Positions 12,951-25,892 of a DNA stretch of 64,000 nucleotides are shown in pieces. This stretch comes from the human T2T-CHM13v2.0 reference genome, Homo sapiens: NCBI RefSeq assembly GCF_009914755.1, contig NC_060930.1; one strand, 5' to 3'. A model generated the notes under the pieces. It saw only the letters and a list, made by a program, of their open reading frames with translations, did not search any database and had not been told where the DNA came from. The number at the start of each line of letters is the position of its first letter. The stretch's first letter is position 1. The position numbers and the translations under genes are program-made.

Positions 12951-13614
12951 GTCCGCCTCCTGCTGGTGTAGGCAGCTGGGGGAGGATGTTTCAGGCCCCC
13001 ACAACCCTTTCCTGCCCCCTGCCTCTAAGCAGAAATGGAACCCACCCCCAGCTCAATTTCTCCATCACCCTACCCCTGCCCCCATCAATAGGCATGGACT
13101 CCCCTACCCCATCCTCCTAAGCTTCCCCATACCCCATCCCCAACCCTGTGAGTTGCAGGGATTTTGAGAATAGCCAGAAGGTCCCTGGACTCCTATCTAA
13201 GCCCTCATTTTATACATGAGAAGACTGAGACCCATGGAAGTGATGTTTGTCATCCTGTTCCTCCTTTAGGACCTCGCTCAGCTGGTTCATTTGTCCATTC
13301 AGCAAAAGTTGACTGAACTCCTACTCTGAACACCAGATCCCATTGTAGGCACTGGAAGTGCAGCTGGGAACAAAACAAATTCCCACCCTCATGAAGCCCA
13401 CAAGCTGCTCCTTCCAGGAGGCTGTCCCTCATCCCCTGAAGGTGGGCTAGGTGTCTCCCACATGGGACCACAATTAGGAGCTTACTTGCCTCCCCCCTGG
13501 GCTGAGCACATACTGACAGCAGGGAGCCTGCCTTGTTCAACTCTGTATCCTCAGCCCCTGCTGCAGGGCCTGGGACATTTACATGTTCACTACATCTTTA
13601 CTAAATAGTCATGA

Positions 13615-14010
13615 CTTACACTCATGTAGCACTTACTATGTATCAGCTGCCAAGTGCTAAGAGACATTATTATTATTCCTATTTTAGAGGAGAAAATGGA
13701 ATCACAGAAAGGTGAAGTGACTTGTCCACGGTGTCGTCACTCCCTGCCTCCAACCTCAGCTCTAGTCCAAGAGTCTGGCTGGGTGCTAACCCCAGCTCCC
13801 CAGGGAAAGGCCGATGCCTGTGGGTATAGGTCACCTGGAACCTAGTCTAGAGAATTCCATCACACACCTGGCCCTGCCCTCAGTTTACACAGGGGAACAA
13901 GGAGAGAGAGAAAATGACAAAGCCGAGGATGAAGGAATGAGAAGAAAAAGAGGAAAAGGAAAGAGGTGATTGGAACCCAGGTGGTCTGGCTCCAGAGCCG
14001 AAGACCTTAT
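13615..14010 (-). mobile_element. MIR split by the inverted duplication arm B
   Basis: cctattttagaggagaaaatgga...gtgacttgtccacgg [insert] gattggaacccaggtggtctggctccagagcc. Confidence 0.85.
13739..13965 (-). repeat. 227-bp inverted duplication, arm B (derived copy)
   Basis: Reverse complement of 12248-12474 with 2 substitutions; lies inside a MIR. Confidence 0.97.
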
Positions 14011-15301
14011 TGCCTCACTGTGAAGAAACGAATGTCACCAATGACCAGGATGCTGGGCTTCTCTGGTCATCTCTTCTCAGTCCTCAGGGTTAGAAAGTTC
14101 TTCCCCCTACCTTTCATGACTCTCTGCAACTGCAAATACCACCTCATGCTTTGTTTTCCCAGTTCCAAGGAGATGGAGCCTGCAGACAGTTCCTGGCCTC
14201 TGTCAGATCATCTCGCTCAGTCCAGGATACGCTGCATGCCCTCAAACCCAGAAATGGGGCTGGTGTCCCCGGTGGCCCTCAGACACTCACTTCTATCTCC
14301 CTGTCTAAGTGTCCTGCTAGCCCAAATCCCCCACTCCACCCACTTCAGAAAGCCTTGCTATGCCCACAGTACCATTTGGATCAGAAACAGGTCTCTGCCA
14401 CCCTGGGTAACATCCAGTGTGGCATAGCCTGGTTGCTCTCTCTAATGGCTTAGGGCTGGGCACATAGTAATTGCTGAGTCCATGGCTGGCTTCTGGGCTG
14501 AATCTCCCTGGGTGATGCATGCAAAGCCAGGGCGGAATTCCACTTCCAGCCCTGCTATAACTTGCTGTGTGGCCCAGGGCAAGTCAGCCCCTCTCTGAGC
14601 CTTTCTCTCTTCATGTACTTTGAGGGTTTGGACTGGATGGCCCCTGGGTTACTTTCCTCTGTAAAATTCTAGCTTTAATTGCAAATTGTAAACTCCAACC
14701 TTCACAGGTCAGTGTCAAGCAGAATATCCTTCCCTGATCCTGGGTAAGGCTTGACTGCTGAGATAGGTAATAAAGTGAGAAGTGTCTGTAAAATGGCCCA
14801 GAGAGGGTACAGCATCTTGTGGGGGAGGAGGGACTGGGCAACCTCCAGAAAGGATCTTTCCATGGAGCGTGGGAGGTAGGAACAAGGAACCGGAATGACA
14901 CTGAGTTGCCACCCTGTGCCAGGCCCTGCTGTGGGTAGCCTATATGTTGTCTTGTATTCAGTGCTCACAGCCTCCCTGAAGTGAGTGCTCTTATCCCATT
15001 TTACAGATGAGGAAAGTAAGACTTCTCTCCAAGGTCACAAAGCAAGCGAGTCTCTGAGAGAGAATCAGGGCACATGTGCCTGATCCCAAATATTAGACTC
15101 TGCCCATGGTACAGAGCTGTATCTCCTGGCTTCCCTGGACCACATGTGCCTGGGTGCCTGGACCTGTGTCCTGCGTCCTGTCCCTGTGCTGAACACCCGG
15201 GTGTGCACGTGGAGGTAGGGAAGGTGTGTGCAGGGGAATTGTATATACTCACACTATATCAATATCTGGACATATCTCACACTGGATCTGGAAAGCCACA
15301 T

Positions 15302-15305
<4 letters not shown>

Positions 15306-15357
<52 letters not shown>
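15306..15357. repeat. Compound (GT)n(GA)n microsatellite
   Basis: Seen directly. Confidence 0.95.
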
Positions 15358-15359
<2 letters not shown>

Positions 15360-15429
15360 ATACAAGTGAGATGAGGGGAAGACTGGGAAACCACGGGGGA
15401 GAAAAAAGAAAGAATAGTTGAAAGGGCAG

Positions 15430-15740
15430 AGAGGGACAGAGTTAATACGCAGAATAATGAGAGTGACAATCATAACAATAATAATAACAAGAATAACACA
15501 AACCTTGCCTTTTTTTTTTTTTCCAAGCTGAATGTGAGCTGGAGCAGGGCTGAGGGGATTAATCTCTTAAAAAATAAGTGCCGAGTGAGGAGACAGGCAG
15601 TGATTAAGGTTTTAACTGATCAGTCTGCATCTGACAGTGAACCAGCTATTATCTTAACGGAATCAAACGAACATTCAAAGCTGTGCTCAGCCCCAAACAT
15701 GAAAGGAGATGTCATCTGCTGGCAGCTGGCAAGCCGCAGG
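15430..15740. promoter_or_regulatory. Candidate conserved developmental enhancer
   Basis: GGATTAATCT 15556-15565, TAAGTG 15575, TGATTAA 15601, TGACAG 15632, TTCAAAG 15674. Confidence 0.6.
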
Positions 15741-17049
15741 GGGAGCTGAAGGGGAGAGAGGAATGGAGGGAGCGGAGGAGAGACAGAGGGGGAAAGAAGA
15801 GAGTCACGGTGAAGGACACAGGAAGGTGGAGGAAAGGAGGGCATGACAGGCTCCTGCGGCCCCGTTCCCTCCACCCACCAGACACACACACCATGTCCCA
15901 GTCCCCCCAGTACCCCACCCGACCAGATCATAGGTGCTAAAGCACAGGTCTGAGATTCAGTCACTCCCCTGCTCAGAAACCTTCATTGGCTCCCCACTTC
16001 CTGAAGGATAAAGACAGGACATGATGAAGGCAGGGGCCCAAGGGAGGAGGCTGTGAGGCTGTGAGGCTCAGGCTGGAGTCTTGTTTCCTGCGGTGCCTCA
16101 ACCAGGACCCCTGCTCCTCTCCTCCGGCTCCAGCACAACGAAGCCTCCTTCATTAAGTAAGCAGTTCCTTAATGAATAAAGGAAATGGGATAAGGAAAAA
16201 GAAACAAGAAGAAAAACAGACAGAGGTGCTTTTGCCAGGCATTTAGACTGATTTTCCCGTTTAATTCTCCCAACCTCCAGAAATGAAGGTTATTCCAGTC
16301 TTTGTCAGAGAGGTGGAGCATCTTGCTGCAGATCCCACAGCTTGAAAGAGGCAGAACTGGGATTTGAACCCCGGCTTCTCTGACTCCAGTTTCTCTGCTC
16401 TTCTCACCTAAAAAAAAGTGGGACGGAAGAGCAGACAACAGGAAGAGAAGGGGCAAACCAGAAAAGAGCACCGAGGGAGCTCGTTCTTCTGGTACTTTAT
16501 CCCTGAACATTAAGCCAAAGATGTCCCTTCCTGTCCCACTCTTCCAAAGCAAAGGCACTGGGTAAGGGGGACTCTAGAATAAGCTTGTCCCTGGGCCTGG
16601 ACCAGCACCTAGAGCATTCAGTATTTGTTGGAAGAGGGAAGGAGGGGAGGGTGTGGTCCCAGGGCAAGTCCCAGCAGGGGTGGAACAGAGAAAGTTACCT
16701 GCTCTGTGGCCATCCCACCCCTCTCCAGGACCCTCAGACAGAGGAATACCCAGCCCTGAGGCTGTGTGTGAGTGTGTGAGCTCAGGGGAGAGAGAAAGGA
16801 AAAAGAAGTGGAAAAGGAAAGATTTAGAAAGGGAGGGAAAAAAAGGAACATATCTGGAAAATTAGAAAAGTTGACTCACATACAAGGGCCCTGTGACAAT
16901 GTATTTGTGAATGTGGAGCTGACCCTCTAACCCCACTTCCCCTCTCTTACTGACTCTCTCACCCACTTGAGGAGACAGCTGTTCCTCAAAGAAAATAGGC
17001 ATATGGTCCTCCGTCTTTCCTCTTTGTCACACACTCTCAGCCTCTCAGC

Positions 17050-17050
<1 letters not shown>

Positions 17051-17122
<72 letters not shown>
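17051..17122. repeat. Compound (CT)n(CA)n microsatellite
   Basis: Seen directly. Confidence 0.95.
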
Positions 17123-17127
<5 letters not shown>

Positions 17128-18597
17128 CAGTGCTGGGTCCCTGCTCACAATCTGCCACTCCAGGCCCATAGCCCGGCTTGGGCCACAGCCAAGCTTCCAG
17201 AATTGCTCCTTTTGGTCCAGGTAAGACCAGGCAGGATCCAGTCCAGGCTCTGGCTGTGGAGCTGGCCCTGTGCTTCCCTGGTGCCTTGCCCCTCCCTGAA
17301 TACAGACTTCAAGGCTGGCCCAGAAGGGAGGAAGCCAGGGCAGAAGCCAGCAGCCAGCCATGGTGGGTCAGATGGGCAGGAGGCAAGGGCTCCCCTAGAG
17401 CTTGCGGTAATTCCCTCTCCAGGCTGCCAGTCCCTGTACTTTCCCTCTGCCTCCATTCTGGTTCAGGACATCCCCATTTCATGGCTGAATTGTGACAACA
17501 GCCTCCTAAACTGTCTCCCTCTCTTTAACCCACTTGCACACCACTACCAGGAGTCTCTTTCTAAGACATAGCCCAGATGGCATCCTTCCCTTGTCAGAAA
17601 CCATCAATAGCTTCCCTTTGCCTGGAAGGATCAAGTCCAGATTGCTAAAGCTGGACTCAAAGTCTCCCGCAGTCTGCCCCTCACTCTCCTCTCTACCTTC
17701 GCTCCTGCTACCCCTACCATCCTCACCACCATCACCCCTGCCACCCTCTAGAAACATCTCCTCCTGTGCAAAGCGGCTCTCTGTCCCTGAGCATGACACG
17801 TCCGTCTTCCTACTTTACACATGCAGTCACTGTTTTTATCCATCTGGAGGCCTCTGTTTCTTCCCTCCACCTAATCTCTCCTCTCTTTAGGGGTTTTGAG
17901 GTTAACTCAACTTTGTTGAGTACTTAACACATGTCCAGCATTGTTCTAGTCCCTTTATAAGAAATAAATCATTTACTCTTCACTTGAGCCCTATAAGATG
18001 GATAGACTTTACAGAAAGGAAACTGAGGCAAAGAGATGCAAAGCGACTTGCTAAAATCACATAGGCACATCCAGAAAGTGGCAAAGCTAAGATGTGAAAA
18101 CTTATCAAACCTTAGGAGGTTGGCTTCAGAATCTACACTTTTAACTATTACACTACTCTGCCTCTCAAGGGCACCCTCTTCCTCCTTAAAGCCTTCACTG
18201 GCCACCCAGCCCCCATATCCAATCTCTTTGTCCTCCACCTTCCTCAAGTATATGTTATCTGTACCTCTCATGGGTTCCTTAATTACACAATGCCTTGAAT
18301 TAGTACTTTGATCTCTCTGTGTGTTAATTTTATCTCATGAACTAGATTATTTATTATCAAGAGTATAAACGTATAAACTGTGTTTGCCATTACTCTTGTA
18401 ACCCCACCATCACCACCAGTTACCTAGCACACTGCTAGGCATACGGGTTAGAAATAAAAATAGCACCAGTTAACATGTGAGTGCTTACTAGGTGCCAGGT
18501 ACTGTTCTAAGCACTTTCCATGGATTGATGTACTTATTCCTCATAGATGGGAAAATTAGAAAGGTTAAGTAATTTTCTTGTTCATGGTCACACAGAC

Positions 18598-19043
18598 TGT
18601 GGTAAGTTAAAAATTACTACAAATTTTTGGTCATTCTCCCACTGAGAGGTAAAGTTTATTTCCTTTTCCCTTGACTACTTCACTAATAGAATGTTGCAGA
18701 TGTGAGGCTATGCCACTTTGGGCCTAAGCCCTAAGTCAACCTGGAAGCTTCCACTTTTGTGCATCTTGGAGCTCTGAGATGCTATGTACAAAGTCTGGTT
18801 AGCCAACTGGAAAGACCATGTGGAGAAGAGAGGCCCTGAGGATGCCTGGAGAGCAACAGGTCCAGCCATCCCAGCATCTCAATCAGTCCTCCGCTGACTG
18901 CAGCCCCAGCCTCCATCAGGCTGAAACTCTAAGAAAGACCTGCAGAAGAATCACCCAGCTGAGCCCAGCCAGCCCACAGTCCTAGGAAAGATAGTACGAT
19001 GGTTGTTTTAAGCCACTGTGTTTTGGGGTGTTTTTTTTTACAT
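18598..19043 (+). mobile_element. MaLR (MLT1) LTR nested in a MIR
   Basis: Starts tgtggtaag, ends gttgttttaagccactgtgttttgggg...catagcaatagaac; MIR flanks both sides. Confidence 0.8.
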
Positions 19044-19965
19044 AGCAATAGAACACTAAAAACGGGCAGGTCCTGTTATTTTCCCCATTTTTCAGAGGAG
19101 GAGGAAATAGATGGAGGGCTATAAATGTTATGTGATTACTTTCCCAAGGTTGTGTAGCTTTTTAATTAGCAAGTGGCAGCTGAGGCTAGGGCCTAGGTCT
19201 GGGAAACTCAGAGCCTGAGGAAAATGAGTTGTTGCAACAGTTAACCCTCAGTTAGTTGCTGAAGGCAACAGGTTGTCATCGACTAGGTGTCTGGAAATAG
19301 CCCTTGACCAGTAGCGCAACTCATTTTATTCCTGAACCTCAGTGCCCTGCTGTACACTATGAGAGGAAGCGGAGAGCAGCTGCTTCCCAATTGTACACTG
19401 GGAGTCCAGGGCAGGGGGGTTGCAGTGGATGAGGTGGGACCAAGAAGGCAGGAGTCTAGTAGCTGCCTCCCACCCCCCACAACACCCGCCACCACCACTG
19501 TTGATCTGATTTCTCTATGGAACATTTACAGAAGATTTTCTTTGAAAAATGCATTGTGGTTGCAAAACTACTGGACCAGATAATTTCTAAGGCCCCTGCT
19601 AGCCCTGACATTTCAGGATTCCATGAATGAATGATGGGAATGAATGGATGGGTGGATGATCAAACTGCTATGGTTCCCGTCTCTGGATGAATAATGTGGA
19701 AGTACAGAGAGAGGGAATGAATCCATGAAGCACGGAGTGGCTTGGAATGTGGGGGAGTTCTGGAACTTGGCAACAGAAGGGCCGGGAGGAGGCTGCTAGC
19801 AATGGCTACGGGGATGAGAAGGGATGGAGAAGGGTAGGCTTGGGAGGTAGAGCTGGGGAGGCAGCCTGGGGTGCCTGCACTCACCATGAGAAGCCAGTGT
19901 GGCATCAAGGGTTAAGCACACATGCTTTGGGGCTAGCAGGCATGTGTTTAAATGTCAGCTCTATT

Positions 19966-20361
<396 letters not shown>

Positions 20362-21609
20362 CTAGCTCATAAGACTGGCATGGGATAAATGAGATAGATC
20401 AGGTGAAAAGCATAACCCAGTGCTTGGCACCTAGTGAGTACTTCATAAATGGTAGCTGTGCCTCCTTTTGGAAGATCTTGATGGCCTGGGTTAGCCGAAG
20501 CCCCAGTAGCATAGCTAACCTCAAGAAGCCCAGAAAGGTGCCCTCCACTTGTCTCCTGGTAAAGGTGCAACATGGTATGTGTTTGGGGAAGGCAGGTGGG
20601 AGGGATAAAGCAGAGCCTGAGGCAGGTGGGGTTTAGGGTGTCATGCAGAGAGATACTAGGAACATATGGCAGGTACCCAGATACTGCCAGGCCTCCCAAG
20701 AGCTGGAAACTGAGCAATCGGCTGGAAGTGGGAGAGAGCTGACCAAGCTAATTGGGCAATGTGAATGAGCTCTCTCAGTGGGCTGTTTCTCTTGAAAAGG
20801 CTGAGGATAAATCTGGGAGGCTTGGGTGCCATCCCACCCTAAGCTATACCATGAGAGAGTCATCCCTTTGGCTTGTGATGTTTCCCAATGCAAGGCAAAT
20901 ACAGTCTAGGAAGGATTTAACAGCTCATAGAAATTGCGATTAGACCTACAAATGACACAGGACAGGGCTCTCGGGTCAGAGAGACAGTGTTCTGCAGTAG
21001 CTGCAAACTTTGAAGCCAGTCAACTGGGGTTCAAACCCTGATTCTGCCATTAACCAGTTGCATGGCTATTGAGCCTGTCTGTGCTAAGTGCTGCGGAAGT
21101 AGTCATGGTTCCTGATTTCACGGCATCAGCAGTCTAGCTGGAGAGTCAGAGACTCAGAAAAGGTTGGCAGACCCCTTGGGTGGCGGGTAACACACCCATT
21201 CACATCAGAGAGTCAGTACTTGAGCTGGAGCCAAGGAGGATGTTAGTGCAGGTTCTCAGAGAGGTCTCCATTGACCAGGACATGCCAGGCTGGGTTTGGA
21301 GAGATTAAGGGGAAAGCATTTAGAGAGAGGAGAGTCTGGAGACAGGAACACAAATAGCCTGTCTCACCAGAGCAGGGAGTGGGGTTATGGGGTGGGAGTT
21401 AAGGTAGAGGGGCCTTAGGGAGCCAAGAACCTTGAATAAAGATGGAGAAGTTTGAAGCTCCCAGCTACATCCACTCCCTCTGGGCAGAGGCAGGAGTAAA
21501 GGACACAAAGATCACTAAGGAGGACAATGGGACTCACAGGTGCCTCTGCTGAGGCTGCGTCCACTCTGATAACCCCTGCCAGCTGCCCCAGCATCCCTGG
21601 GTCCCCAGG

Positions 21610-21900
21610 GTCAGGCCATTACAGGGCGAGATTTATCACAGGCAGGTGTGCTCCAAGACGGTATATTATCCAGGATTATGAACTGTAACAGGATAATCTC
21701 TCTAATGTAATTCAAGCTCTCGACATGGCTTATGGCTCCTTAATGTACCTCAGACTGAAGAATTACAAGAACATTCTCCCCCCCAGCTCCCCATGTCCCC
21801 TCCCTCCCTTCCCTGTCAACCCCTAAATGATTTAGGCAATTGCCTGAAGCCAGATCTTGGCATTTAGTCATAATTCAGTGCAGTTCAGTAAACATGACCG
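21610..21900. promoter_or_regulatory. Candidate conserved developmental enhancer
   Basis: GGATTA 21673, TAATCT 21694, multiple TAAT, GTAAACA 21888; repeat-free. Confidence 0.55.
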
Positions 21901-22444
21901 GCAAGGAGCTTTGCCTGCCTGTCCCTCTCCTACAAAGGCCTCTCCTTCCTCTTCCACCCAAATCCAGCCCCCAGGGACAGGCTGAGTGCAGGACAATCCA
22001 TGACACTCAGTACCCTGGGACCCCCCCCCAAGAGACACTCTAGGTACCAAGGCTTGAGCTGCCAGGTTTGGCCTTGGCTTTCCCAATAATCCAGCACGAT
22101 ACTGCCCTGATGGCATCACCGTCTAGATGGAGAGGATAACCCCAGAGCAACAGAATAATGTCACAGCCCTGAGCATCTGAGGCTCCTAAGATCCTAAGAT
22201 GCTCCAATTCTGTGAATCCATCTTGTAAACTCATGCCCCTTTGGGAAAACAGTGAAATCTTCTGCAAGCTGCACCAACAGAATGTTTTACCAAGTTTTAC
22301 TTTCTATAGTTTTTCCCTTCCTGCAAAACAAAACAAAATCTTCTCCAGGGAGCTGTGCCCCTGCAACTAAAAAACTGATCTAACCCAATCTCTTTCACCA
22401 TACAGGTAATGATCTTGTAACCCAGACAGAAGGGTCTTTCCTAA

Positions 22445-22680
22445 CAATAACATTTACTGAGCAGTTACTATGTGCCAGGCATTTTCCTACATACTTTATG
22501 TGATTCATTCATTTAATGCATCCAAAAATCCTTTGAGTAGGTACTATGATTCCCCATTTTACTGATAAGAAAACTGAGGCTCCAAGAGGTGCAGTCAAGG
22601 TCACAGATATATTAAGTGGGAAGCTGGCACATGAGCCCAGGTAGCCTGGCTCCAGAGCCTGTGTTCCCAACCACTGCTCT
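22445..22680 (-). mobile_element. MIR
   Basis: ccccattttactgataagaaaactgaggctc...aaggtcacag...ctggctccagagcc. Confidence 0.85.
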
Positions 22681-23372
22681 ACAACAACTGCAGGGTCACA
22701 CTTGAAGTTAAGCACTTGAACCTAAGCACCAGAACCCAGTTCCAGGATTTCCTCCACCTACTGAGCACCCTGCTGATATATCAAGGGGATAGGACAATAA
22801 GATTTACTCCTGGCTCCTAGACAACATCAGCGTATTTTCATAGTGGTCCCAAGCTCCCCAGGGTGATCAGAAGACCAGGCCTCCCATCAGCCAGCCAGTG
22901 GAGGCTATTTGGAAGCCCCTCAGCTCAACTGAGGCAAGTAGTCTCTTCCCCTGCCCACCCCATCATTGCACCCTCTTCTGCTGCTACATTCTTTGTGGTC
23001 ATGCCCGACTTCCCCGCTTGCCTTAAATAGAGAGCCAGAGGCCCCTCCAGGCTGCCAGGATCCAAGGAAGGCAGGATGAATCTCCCGCACAGTGGGAAGC
23101 AACCTCAGATTGGGAAGAGTTCCTCCCAAAGTCAACTCAATAAAACAAAGAAGTCTTATGGATAGGTGATTGAGTACATATTGAGTGCCTTCTGTATGCA
23201 CTACATTGGTCTTTCCCTAATATTCTTTCTGATCTTGAGCAAATCACTTGGTCCTTTGGTAGCTCATTGTTGTCATCTCTGAAATGGCTAATACTAGCAG
23301 TGAGGAGTAAATTATAAGATGCAGGTGAAAAAAAGAAACTTTATAAGGCACTCTTACTTGCAATTGTAACAC

Positions 23373-23377
<5 letters not shown>

Positions 23378-23412
<35 letters not shown>
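23378..23412. repeat. (CA)n microsatellite
   Basis: Seen directly. Confidence 0.95.
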
Positions 23413-23414
<2 letters not shown>

Positions 23415-24754
23415 TCCCTCTGATTGAGTTGGTCATTTTGGATCTCTAAGTAGGACTGGATTTAGTTGTGTGCCCACCCTCACCCCTGCACCCATACCCC
23501 AGTAAGAAGAGAAAAATCCAGGTGAATTGTCTATCTTTAACCTCTGCCTCTGAAATAGGTTAGATCTGAAGTTATACCAGCCTCTCCGGATGCTGTCTTT
23601 GACATTTGGGAATCTTCGTCCTGGGAGAAAATACTGCATAGTCAGAGGCCCTCAGGGGATGCTGCCAGATGTAGAGGGAATTTGTCATCTATACTGTTTG
23701 CTCATTGACTTGTATAAATGCCTATGGTACTTGGGGTAAAGAAACCAGCACAGGAGTGTGTAGATTCCTGAGTTACAGTCCTGCCTCTAACCTCCCTTTC
23801 CCTGAACCTCAGCTTCTCATCTGTAAAACGGGGTGTGAGGAGGCAGTCCCAGGTCCCTCCCAGTCTAGCATTTCTTTGCAGGTTTGCTCTGCCCCTTTCC
23901 TAAGTCTTCAGACTCTCTCTCTTCTGGCCTCTTCCTGCTTCCTTTCTGTGCTGTTTAGCTGACCATCTCTAGGCTCAGTAGGTGCAGAGACCTGTTATTC
24001 CAGGAAATGCCACGAGGGGGAGCCTTCATTTGGATGCCTGGGGTCAGAAAGGAAGCCAATTTCAAGTATAAGGCTGGGGAAAAATAAAATTCAGTCAGTC
24101 CCAAGGGACCCCATCAACAGCCAGGCGAAAATAGGAGGGAGAGGGCTCTAAGCTACAAAGACCATACTCTAAGTTCTCAAAGGACTGTGATCTTGATGTA
24201 TATGTTCATTCTTGTTTCTCAGTCATACACTTTAAGTATGTATGGTGGGATTATCTCATTTGACACTCAGTCTAATTCGTGAGTCCTGTAGGGCAGGTGA
24301 AATTATCTATGACCTTTACAGGTGAGACAGCCTAGTCTCTGAGAGATCCTAGGCTCACCTAGGGACACACAGCCAACATGGGGCAGAGCTGTTGATGGCC
24401 CAGGTCTTACTCTACATGTCCCCGCCCCCCGCCCCCCATGGATTTGCCCCAGGCTGAGCACACCAGGGATCTTGAGGGACACTTCTTGAATGAGTGAAGA
24501 ATGAATGAATGTATGAATGAATGAACGAATGAATATGTGGGCCCTCTGGGCCTCCCTGGAGTAAGCCTTCTCTGCCATGCATTGCTCCACTCCAACACAG
24601 AGCTAACTGACAGCTTTGTGCCATTGTCTACCTCTCCCTCTCACCTTCTCACAATGTTCATCCCTTACCATGAGACTCAAAGCTGAGGGGGACTTTCAAT
24701 GGGTCCAATTCACTTGCACAGGTGAGGAAAGTAAGGCTCAGGAAGGGAAAGTGA

Positions 24755-25690
24755 CTAGCTCATTCCTACAACAAATACTTACTGAGTGCCTATTTGTGTG
24801 AAGCCCTGTTCTAAGGGCTGAGACTTTTTGTAAGCCTCTGTCTTCACAGCACCTCCAATCTAACAGAAGGAGATACACAAATCATCAGGTAAATATGCAG
24901 CAGGTTAGATGATGACAAGCGCAACTAAGAAAAACAGAGCAGGGCAAGGGAGGTGGAGAGCCTGGTGTGTGCATTGGGGTGGGACATTGGTCAGAGAAAG
25001 CCTCAGCAGAGAGGAGACCATTGTAGGAATCTGGAGGGAACAGCAAGTGCAAAGGTCCTGAGGCAGGAGTGTGCTGTCCTGCCCAGGGAACATCTAGGAG
25101 GCAGGTATGGCTGGAGTAGAGTGATGAGGAGGAGGTGAAGGGTGACAAGAAGGGGCAGAGGGGTGATCAGATCACTAGGGTTTTGTAAGGAACATTTTCT
25201 CTGAGTGAGATATACTGCTATTGGAGGTTTTGAGCAGAATAGGGACATGATCTGACTTTAGTTTTAAAGGGACAACCCTGGCTACTCTGTTGAGAACAGA
25301 CTAAGAGGGAGAAGGGAGGCAGAGAGACAAGCTAGGAGGTGTTGCACTACTCTAGCAGGAGACGATGGTGGCTTGGAACAGTGAGCTCAGTGAGGAGGTG
25401 GTGAAGAGTAGCAAATTCTGGACATATTTTGAAGACAAAATAAACAAGATTTGCTAAGGCATTTGGATGAATGATGACAGAAAAAGAGAGGAGTTGAGAA
25501 TAACTCCAAGATTTTCTTCCCCAGCAACTGGGAAGATGAAGCTGCCCTTTTCTGAGATGGAGAAGACTGACAGGTGGGGGACCGGGGTGGAGATCAGGAT
25601 TTCCAAGTAGAACAAGTTGAGTTTGAGATGCCTGCTAGATATCCAGGTGAAGTAGGAAACTGGATTTATGGATCTGCAGGTCAGGAGCAA
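24755..25690 (-). mobile_element. L2 LINE 3' fragment
   Basis: cattcctacaacaaatacttactgagtgcctat...gggaacagcaagtgcaaaggtcctgaggcagga...gacatgatctgactt...gtttgagatgcctgctagatatccagg. Confidence 0.9.
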
Positions 25691-25857
25691 GATTAATAGT
25701 AGAGCTAAGAGAACAAAACCAAAATCTCACATCTCTCGACTCCCAACAGAGTTCTTTTCACAGTACGTAGAGTACTCTCCCGTGGGCTGGAGAATTTAAA
25801 TACCTGCGCTCAAAACCTAAAACGCAAAGAGGAAATACGGTAACCCTGAGCGCACTA

Positions 25858-25892
25858 CCCTAGCCCTAGCTCTAGCTCTAGCTCTAGCTCTA
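25858..25892. repeat. (TAGCYC)n hexamer repeat
   Basis: ccctagccctagctctagctctagctctagctcta. Confidence 0.9.

Noticed and set aside
12248-13965. DNA transposon with long TIRs
   Set aside because: No TSD around the whole unit, no transposase, and the MIR runs through arm B, so the arms did not arrive together.
15306-17122. (GT)n(GA)n and (CT)n(CA)n as a second inverted duplication
   Set aside because: The repeats are complementary but their flanks are not homologous; independent microsatellites are more likely.
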